Assembly: GCA_964016885.1 (NCBI GenBank)
Contig: OZ024746.1
Location: forward strand, 88,288,001-88,352,000
Source: Eledone cirrhosa
Lineage: Eukaryota
Direction: 5' to 3'
DNA: 64,000 nt
Made by a program: the position numbers and the translations under genes. The notes under the pieces are model-generated. The model saw nothing but the letters and a program-made list of their open reading frames with translations. It was not told where the DNA came from and made no database searches. Every line of letters begins with the position of its first letter. The stretch's first letter is position 1. Of this stretch, positions 51,451 through 64,000 are shown piece after piece.

Positions 51451-52899
51451 ATGTATATATATATATATATATATACCTAGGTGTTCCTCTATACTGAATC
51501 CAAGTATTATTTAATATGCCAACGTTTTCCCTTGATAACACACAACAAACCTTCATGAATATTAACGCTATACATTCTTAAATGAAAATGTATTTAATAT
51601 TTCAGACTCCGCAACACGTAATTCACTTGAAAAAAATACTTATCGTAACCATAAATGGACATTTTGTGGATAATTCTACTACATTCGTAGGAAATTTAAT
51701 ATTATAAATCCCATTAGCTAAATGAAATAAAGCAGTTAAAGTATTAAATCACCTTTTGTATACCATAAATATTGAAAGTTGCACTAGCTCTAGTTCGTAC
51801 ACACATCATCTAACAGCATTGAGTGTATTTGGAATATTGTGGTATACCCCTCTTACATCACATTGCCATGGTGTGAATCTAGTGCATAATCGTACAGTTC
51901 TCTGAGAATATAGTTCACATATTAATCAGAATATAGCTCACATCATATATTCCGTGTAAACTTATTAATATATACATTGCTTTAAAAATGAACATTTAAA
52001 AGCATCTCATTATGATCATTTATGGTTTAAGTAATTCTAACATAAACTATATTTTACGGTGGTATATAATTGATACTGCCAATTTTTATGATTACTCTTT
52101 GTCCGAGCGAATCTCTGGGAATAAGGATTACTTATAAACTGCTTTTGAATCGTTGAGAAAATATTATTTGCTGTTCATAGAAATTGTGTCTCTCGTTTTC
52201 TATGAATGTATCTTATTTGTGGAATAAACAATCTTATATATATTCTTTATAAGCCTTTCCTTCGTTACAAGCACTTTCAAACATTAACTACTTTTATCGG
52301 TGTATATTTTTAGATTGTAAGCTTTTCTATGAGTAATAATTATGAAACAGATTGTTAATTTTCTTAATATTCATTAAAGTAAAAAAATATAATTCAGAAA
52401 AATAATCTCGTCTTAAAAATCATGTTTTCAAGATTGATTTATAATGAATATTCTTCTCATTTTAGAAAGTTATAATTATTCAAATATATAATTCCTTATT
52501 GTGGCTAAATGTATTTTTAACTATGCTTTTAATATCTATGCCTGCTGGGTATTACCTGAAGTATTGATTAAGACTTTCATTTTGAATTATCATTTTGCTT
52601 CTCATAATTAAATTTATCTTTCTTTAGAACAGGTCCCTCAAGTAAAAACCCTGACCATGACCATTATATTTAGCCGCGAAAGAGGATGCGGTATAAACAC
52701 CGTTAAAGTTTACGGTCATTTTGCAGTGTTCCTGTGGTCCCATTTCCGCTAGTCACGAATTTGATACATTTCTAAGAGCCACTAGAATGGCAACATTTTC
52801 ATGAGGTGGACTTTATTTTCGTCGTAGTACGTACATCACAGAGCTCTGGAGGATTTCTTGCGAACTAACGGTGTCATTCATTCTCATGCTGACTAGTAG

Positions 52900-54530
52900 A
52901 TTAGTGCATTTGATCCACGATTGCTTATTTCTCCAGCAAGGCTAAAGTATATCGCTGTTTACCATCATATATGGCGGATAAGTCACAATCCGCAAGAGGT
53001 GTCACAGGTGACAAGGTCTCTAGCAAAATAGCTCTGGCTATTACCAGGAGTCCATCTGGGGGTTCTCCTTTTTCAGAGATGTACGACCATACGAGATGGA
53101 GAGTATATTTTGCTGATCGCCTGACCCGATTACAACACCATTTTCTGGTGTACACTAGGGACATCTCGGAGCAATTACTAACCCCTTGGAGACTAAAGTC
53201 ATAAGAGCAATTAAACTGGTAAGATGTGGCAGGCCAGAGTGGAGCATGAAATGTGTATGTTAAAAGTATTAAATAGAATAGGGAGTTCTGGCGGTCTTGT
53301 CGATATACGGAAAGGCAAATAAGCAATGAGAATCGCGAGAGATAACACCAATTTCCAAAAAGGGAAAAGAGAAATTGCACAAGTTCAAGAGGGATCTTCT
53401 TTTTGAACTTCTCTTTGAAAGTCTATGTTAATTGTCTGGTTAAAATAAAGTGGGATATTGTCGAACCCAAACAAGCTGCCGAACAGTAAGGATATTACCC
53501 CTGAGGCAGCAGAGCCGACCAATAGCATTAGTTGGCTGGAATTTACATTCGACATGGTATTGTACACCTCGTCTGGGGTGGATTGGCAGTATCAGTATAG
53601 TGCCAGATGCTATGCTTTGCAGCATAAAGTTACAGCCCTTTACAGTTTGAGTTCCGATCCCGCCGATGTTAACTTTGCCTTTCATCCTTACGCGGTCGAT
53701 AAAATAAAGCACCGGTGTTGAACTGGAGTAGTTGCTGGCCTTCTCCAAAATAGAAACAATTATTTACCTCGTGATAAGGTAGTCTTCGACATGCACGATT
53801 GTTTTGCTACTGGATTTTCTATAGCAGAAATGACAATCAGTGTCGAGAAGACTGGGGTGCTCGTCCACTTAAAAGCAAGATTACGCAATGAACTTTACTT
53901 GTGAGTCGAGTTTAACTGACACAGGTGGAGGGCTTCAAGTATATCGGGGTTATCTTCATGAGCCATGGAACGCAAGAGGTTGAATTGAAGTAAATAATAG
54001 TAGAGATTGTGTCAGCGTCATCTCTTAGTCATCCGAAGAAATAAGATAGGTTTAAGAACTCTGCTATCATCTATTTGTATTCGTGCACAAAATTGCCTAT
54101 GTACATGTATTGCAGGTAATAATTAAAATGAAAACAATTACGAATAGTCACGGCCGAAATGGAACTCCACCAAAGTGATTTGGTGTAATGTTACGCGATA
54201 GAGTTCGAGTACCATGTAGCATAATTTCGCTCTAGCTAAAGCAGCTACCTCTCAGAATTTAGACATCACAAATCAGATATTACGGACATGTGTTTAGAAT
54301 GCCTCAAGAAATATTTACCTGACATATGTTACGCACAATACCAACCGGCAAATGTACCAATTGTAGACATCGAGCAAGAATGCTGGATATTGTCCATGAG
54401 CCTGGCAGGTTTTACATGGTAATCCATCGAGAATCACACCGGATGAATTAGAGGAGGTTGCGTCTGACAGAATCCTTTGCAGAGAGTGCTGGAGGAATAT
54501 TCACCGATGAACCTCCCAGGAATAAGTGAG
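52900..54530 (+). mobile_element. Old RTE-type LINE relic interrupted by a SINE
   Basis: QVEGFKYIGVIF and QIRYYGHVFRMPQE motifs in the 3' part. The APE-like 5' part is weak. Confidence 0.55.
53575..53762 (+). mobile_element. Family 1 SINE
   Basis: Consensus match, with flanking acctcgt repeat. Confidence 0.85.
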
Positions 54531-55887
54531 TGACGAAAAGTCAGTAACTGTTTTTGTTTCTACAATGATAATTTCTATAAAGTTCATGTTGTAAATTTGG
54601 CTAAAGTTTGTTTTGATTATGTATTCGATATACGGTATTACATTATAATTTTATATGCTAGATATATAATACTGAAAAATATATATCATTAGTGATTTAG
54701 GAACATATGTACACAGTGCATAAGTGAGGGTTTTCTACTTTGCATTAAATATAAGAGTCGACATTATCATTTCGAAACTTATTTGATCATATATACTAGT
54801 GATGTGGATGTTTTAGATTGAGGTAAATATATGTCCGTAGATTATGAATTGGAATCATATGTGATTTGATTTTCCTGAAGATTATTCATCAGGGTGAAAG
54901 TTCTGGAATTTGTAATAAGTTATGTGGTGTGTGAATTAATAAATATATTTTATTTGTACTGTATATTGTTATACGTGTGTATATATGCGGGACTGTAGGT
55001 TGTTGTGTACTATTTTATAGTGAAGAGAAGTGTGTAAGGGGGTGATTTGTTGGGAATATAGATAGTTAACGGCTGGACTATCTTGGATTATATTACGAAA
55101 ATATTTGAAAATATGTATGTTGGTAATTAAATATTCAGTTCTGCCTGAGATATTATTGGCCCCTTATATTTAAGAACTCAAAATTACAAAAATCAACCAC
55201 TTTCATTCCATATTCAAATTGAGCCGGCCGACTGTGTCATATGAAAATCTAGCTTATCATCTCTTATATATAGGCATCAAAATATATGTTTTTCGCCTGT
55301 GCGTATCGTCAGAACACCCACTTGGTGTCACTAGCCGTCAGCTTACAAAATTCATCGCTAAAAGCTTTCAAATATTTATTCCTAAACATACAATATATCG
55401 ATGCATACACATGCCTCCCATCCCCCACACACACACATGCATACCTACATATATTTTTTTCCGGGAATACGATTGACAAGTAAGCATAATGAGTGAAGGT
55501 GAGCAACACACTGCTGTCGAATCTGTATCAGCTTAACCATTGGTCTGATATTCATTAGAATACCTCCCCCGGAACTTAAGTATAGGTTACTTAGCTTACG
55601 AATTTGACAATAGATTGATAAAATGAATACCATTATTGACGTAAATAAAGAGGTAGGTCGGTGTGATTGGCTAAATCCCATTAAGACGGTTATAGATCAT
55701 TGTCTAATGACGGAGAACTGTAGAATAATAAATGGGCAACAATGCATTATTTGTTTTCGCTATACAATAGAAATATATTGCTACGGATAAAATGACAATC
55801 ATATATTTGCTGTTCGCTTAATGTTAGCTACGAATCAATGGGGATAAAGCAATCTATGCTTTGATATATGAAAATGCCTCTTTTTAA

Positions 55888-56097
55888 TTAATGGAGGATA
55901 TATACGACTTTCAGGACATTGCCCTGTTTTGGTACATATAGCTTACCACGTGCTTCACAATATGCAGTAGAATTAGCACAATCTAGGTACGAGACAGCAT
56001 AATGAAACCAGGTGGACAAAAATTGTTTTGTTGAAAATCCGTTGTTAGGACAGTAATTGTCTTGGCAAAATATCAAATTTATCAAATACAATGCCAT
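55888..56097 (-). other. Short ORF resembling a signal peptide plus the first part of a C-type lectin domain
   Basis: MALYLINLIFCQDNYCPNNGF...DCANSTAYCEARGKLYVP. Similarity judged by eye only. Confidence 0.25.
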
Positions 56098-56620
56098 GAG
56101 TGATATACTTCAAAATGATATATGTAAAGGAAGATGAATGTATGGATTATGCAGCGGTTTGCAAGGTATTTTAATAATAAGTAAACTAGTTGAGTGGACA
56201 CTTGAAACACATTGTGTTTGTAAAATAATTGAATCGGCTAAAGGTAATAGACGCTATATATAAGAAAATATACATGTGTGAGATATTAACCATCGCTCAT
56301 CTTCTCTCTAACAGTAATATATTGGACAAGTGGTTATCTCAGCAACGTCAGTATAGCTGAGTCGACGGTAGTTATAAAAGCTCATTAGATCATTCGCATA
56401 TGTATTTAACATTTCCAGCTGTGTCGAAGCTGCTGTAGCTTATAATTACGTTCTTAGTACAATCATTTGTGAAATGTTTAGCCTCTTACACATTCCTTTA
56501 CGCGGTGGGTGTTCAAACAAATAATTGCATAACGTTCAATTACGTATAACACGTAGATGAAAAATCACTATCTTCTTTTATGCCTTTTGTTAGTTTATAA
56601 ATAACTGGAAATTCACAAGC

Positions 56621-58572
<1,952 letters not shown>

Positions 58573-58594
58573 ATATATATTGATATATATCTAT

Positions 58595-58835
58595 CTATCT
58601 AAGGCGGGTAAAATCCCGAGATCCATGGACGAGTTCTTTCCAGCGGTCTCTGTCCCTCATTATCGCTGCCATATCCTGCATCTCCAACAGACCAGTGTCT
58701 GTCCTTAGGGCATCAACATATGTTAACCTTGGTCTTCCTCTTCTAGTTTGTCCATGTAGGGGCTCCCAAAGGAGCACTGAGTGCAATGTCAACTCTGGAT
58801 GTCGGTGAGCATGTCCAGCCAACCTCAGTCTCCTC
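58595..58835 (-). mobile_element. RTE-type LINE 3' fragment, same family as 20310
   Basis: RLRLAGHAHRHPE...RGRPRLTYVD...DRDRWKELV. Confidence 0.85.
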
Positions 58836-58872
58836 TGTTTATATATATATAGCAGTAGGGTAGTAGGAAAAT

Positions 58873-58974
58873 GTTCAAGACCGCGACGGCAGAGTTGAAG
58901 CCGTTTCGTCGGCTATTTATGAATGCAAAAACAGCCGTGGAAACAGGTTGAGCTCTGCCGTCGTGATCTCGAGC
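58873..58974. repeat. Hairpin built from a hammerhead 3' half, related to 20110
   Basis: Minus strand reads GAAAC ggcttcaactctgcc GTC gcggtc. The axis is in the helix II loop. Confidence 0.8.
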
Positions 58975-59039
58975 CATATATATATATGTATGTACGTATA
59001 CATATTTATATATATATATATAATATATATAATATATAT

Positions 59040-59151
<112 letters not shown>

Positions 59152-59159
59152 CATTTACA

Positions 59160-60045
59160 TACATATATGTATACAGACGTACAGTAGTATGTATATGCAT
59201 GCATATGTGTACGTATGAGTTTATCGAACATTTATTATAATGCTCGGTTTGTTTGTAAACAAACAGCCCGAATTATTAGCCGTACTACAGTGTTCGGCAA
59301 CCATCATTGCCCTTTTGTTCAACACTGACAAAGGGACGATGAACTAGTGTCTAGCTTATTAGGTGTCATCAGCATCGTATACCTTCATGTCAGTCGATTG
59401 AACGTTTGAAAGTATATACTTTCCTAATGTATATTAACGGCTGAAGTGCCTAATTTGCATAATGAGTGACTTAGTCGGCCGGGTGTACCGAAAAAAATAA
59501 ATGAAAAAAAATGAAATTTCATTTCTCACTCATAGTACGGCTGATACTTAAATATATGAATGTATACGTACATACATATATACATACAGACGTACAGTAG
59601 TATGTATATAAATACGTACATGCACACATGCATATATGTACGTATGGGTTTACCGAACATTTATTATACAGCTCAGTTTCTTTGTAAACAAAAAGCCTGA
59701 ATGATTAGCCCTACATTGTTCGGCAATCATTGTTACCCTTTTGTTCAACACTGACAAAGGAACGATGAACTAGTTTCTAGCGTATTAGCCTTCATCAGCA
59801 CTGTATACCTTCTTGTCAGTCGATTGAACGTTTGAAAGTATATACGTTCTTTATGCATATTAACGGCTGAGCAGCCTAATTTGCATATCGAGTGACTTCG
59901 TCGGCCGGGTGTACCGAAAACGATAAATGGAAAAAATGAAATTTCATTTCTCACTCTTACTACGGCTGATACTTAAATATAAGTATGTATACGTATGTAC
60001 ATATATGTATACAGGCGTACAGTAGTATGTAAAAACATAATTACA

Positions 60046-60096
<51 letters not shown>

Positions 60097-60433
60097 GTAT
60101 ATACTTTCAAACGTCCAATCGACTGACAGGAAGGTATACAGTGCCGATGACGGCTAATAAGCTAGAATCTAGTTCATCGTTCCTTTGTCAGGAACAAAAG
60201 GGCAACGATGGTTTCCGAGCACGGTACGCCTAATACTTCGGGCTGTTTGTTTACAAACAAAACGAACATTATAATAAATGTTCGGTAAACCCATACGTAC
60301 ATATATGTATGTCTGCATGTATGTATGTATATACTACTGTACGTCTGTATACATATATTATGTACATATACATATTTATATTTAAGTATGAGCCGTACTA
60401 AGAGTAAGAAATGATATTTCATTTTTTCCATTT
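59160..60433. mobile_element. Non-coding 426-bp tandem repeat with hammerheads plus an inverted third copy (retrozyme/pLTR-like)
   Basis: Minus-strand HHRs at 59336-59378 and 59762-59804, and a plus-strand one at 60138-60180. Same family as 44731-45120. Confidence 0.85.
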
Positions 60434-60439
60434 ACACAG

Positions 60440-60531
<92 letters not shown>

Positions 60532-60550
60532 CCACACATATTATATATAT

Positions 60551-60642
60551 AGATGATTATTCTACAGGACCAGAAATGTTTCATTCTCGAGAATGATGAT
60601 TTCTCTAGAATGAAACAGTTCTAGTCCTGTATAATCTCATCT
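60551..60642. repeat. Hairpin built from a hammerhead 3' half
   Basis: attctcgagaa-tgatgat-ttctctagaat GAAAC agttcta GTC ctgta, with (TA)n on both sides. Confidence 0.8.
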
Positions 60643-60649
60643 TTATTAT

Positions 60650-61650
<1,001 letters not shown>

Positions 61651-63352
61651 ATACATATATTGTGATTTACGTCCCATTCTAATAATATATATGTCAGTAC
61701 ATTACCGTATCTATTAGTATATATATATTTATATTACATGTATATAAGGCAATGCATGCGTGCCACTTTCGTAAGTATACATTAGTATATGTATGAGCGA
61801 GTATATATGAATATATAGTCAAATTGACAAAAAAATGGATAGGAGAATTCTTCAGATTGTTCGTAGCATTATAATGGATACTATTGATTAAAGTTAGTTA
61901 CTTTTGTTAGGATTTTTACTTGACTATATTTCTTACATTAATGTTAATAAAAATTAAAAAATGTATATATATAGTTGATCTTGTCTCACGTCTGTTTTCA
62001 TATTCTTGTCACCGAGGTATTGAACATAGCCAAAAGTATAGCTGCCAAAGCATTGAATTTAACATATAAAAGAGAATCAATCACGCTGTGCAATATTGAT
62101 ACCGTAGACTCTCTAAACGGTCATTGTATTTTTATACTTTTTATATATATTAATGTGCGTATGTAAGTGTATCTGTGTGTGTGCGTGTGAATGTCTATGT
62201 GTGTTTGTGCAAGTATGTTATACTGTCTTTTCTTTTTAAATATCTTCAAACTACTTAACTGCTGACTTTTCTATTCATACAGTTCTTATCTATGAAGACA
62301 TCTTAATGTCTAATTCATAAAGAAAAAGATGATTTGTATGTAACATTTTGTATTTAAGTTTTTTTTTTTCATGTTTTGCTCCTGAACATATAAGATGTGG
62401 ACCGGATTTACTCATCAAGTAATGCGGATTTCATTTATCGTCTACTTTTATGAAATGCATCGTGTTTATGTTTGCAGAAAAAATCAACGAAATATCTGAG
62501 GTTCGAATTCGAACAAAACTTTAATGTGTGAAACTTAGAAAAATAAACAAGTCAAAGAATTATGAAACAAAAATAAATTTATATATAAAGCTGTTGTTAG
62601 TTATTAATCTTTGGGTAACTGAAGCACGAGGAAGGACTTCTAATCCACTTCAATATCCAGGTATCTAAATATAGATGTTATTATATTTTCCACTTTGTCA
62701 ATTCTAGGTGAATGAATACACTGTATGGTTTCTGGGAGATATGACTGCACATTTTAGCAGGGTGAATGACAGAAGGAACACTCATCGTCTGTGTATCGAA
62801 TACATATTTTTATAAGAAGAATATATTTTTGTAATATCATTAATTGATGGCTTGAAGCACTTCTATCACCAACCATTTCACCACGAGAACTGTGAAGTTC
62901 ACAGTCCCTAGAAAGGCTGTTTTGACCGATCTGAAGATCAGTGCCCTGTGTTATATAGAATGCCGACCCTCATAGACGGCTTCGAATCATTAAAATCTGC
63001 AGAGCCCATGCCTACTACATATATATTTCAACTACTTTCCTTTACGAGTTGCCTTCCATTCAACTTACAGAACCCAATTAGACACATATTCGGATGGCTG
63101 ACTTCATTAATATGGACACAATTCTTAAAATCAATTCATGTCATACTTATTATATGGAGCATCAAAGAACTAGCATGAAATAATTATGCAGGAAAGCGTT
63201 CTTATTACTTGATTAAGCGTTCTTAATACTTGATCATTATATAAAGCGTTCTTATTACTTGATCATTATATAAATTATTTTTGTTGATTGTATGATACAA
63301 ACAGGCATATGATTCACTGATGTAATTTCCTTGAATTATATTTACAGCTTTC

Positions 63353-63558
63353 AGGGCGGAGGATTGTTAGTATCGTTAGAGGGTCGGACGCCATGCTTTG
63401 CAGCATAGAGTTAAGGCCCTTTATAATCTGCAGATGTTAACTTTGCCTTTCATCCTTACAAGGTCGATAAAATAAAGTACCAGTGATGCACAGGTTCAAT
63501 TTGAGTGACTCCCCCCACCCCCAATATGCTGGCCATGTGCCTTTATAAGAAACCATTA
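63353..63558 (+). mobile_element. Family 1 SINE with TSD
   Basis: Consensus match, with tatttacagcttt duplicated on both sides. Confidence 0.88.
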
Positions 63559-63879
63559 TTATTTACAGCTTTTAACATATTAATCACGAGGAACACATTA
63601 ATAAAGTTTACAAAATATGAAACGGGCTAAAGCACCAAACAAGAAAATATTAAATTGAATGTTTTAGAACTCACAATGTCAATTTTCAAATGTATAGAGA
63701 TGTGGCGATTGGGTTTTAGCGTACTAGGCTATCTCTGCAAAGTTTGCTCCATTCTCCCAAATAACATAATCTTAATGCGTGCCTAGAATTTCAAACTCGG
63801 TGGTTGTATCAGGCGAAGTGTCATATTATAAGAGTATACGACACTTTCACCAGTTCCAAAACACTGCTATATTACATTT

Positions 63880-64000
63880 ATTTATGGTACTTTATTTTAT
63901 CGATACCGTAAAGAAGAAGGGTAAAGCTAATCTCGAAGAGATTTGAACTAAGAATGTAAGGAACCGTAACTCTATGCAACGAAGCAAATTGTCCGACGCT
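63880..64000 (-). mobile_element. Family 1 SINE (partial, runs off the window)
   Basis: tggtactttattttatcga...atttgaact core. Confidence 0.75.

Noticed and set aside
62850-63180. Possible exon or 76-aa ORF
   Set aside because: Non-ATG start, no motif and no clear splice boundaries.

Overview
Repeat-dense, AT-rich animal genomic DNA. An octopod cephalopod is the likely source, inferred from the SINE families and the microsatellite load. No intact host gene is visible; there are only weak, broken exon-like pieces on the minus strand that resemble a C-type lectin. The window holds at least four Penelope-like element (PLE) RT/GIY-YIG fragments, two R4/Dong-type RLE LINEs, a near-full-length and a truncated Tx1/L1-type LINE, RTE-type LINE fragments, a Chapaev-type DNA transposon relic, Helitron ends and two tRNA-derived SINE families. 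The main hidden signal is more than 20 complete, degenerate or half type I hammerhead ribozyme (HHR) motifs from about 9 sequence families, nearly all in or next to (TA)n tracts. Many sit in fold-back palindromes whose symmetry axis falls on the ribozyme itself, usually the helix II loop. This suggests ribozyme-structure-guided fold-back that generates MITE-like hairpin mini-elements. One HHR family carries a fixed non-canonical core (CAGAAGA), and another forms a retrozyme-like 426-bp tandem. All calls were made by eye without database searches, and boundaries are approximate unless stated.
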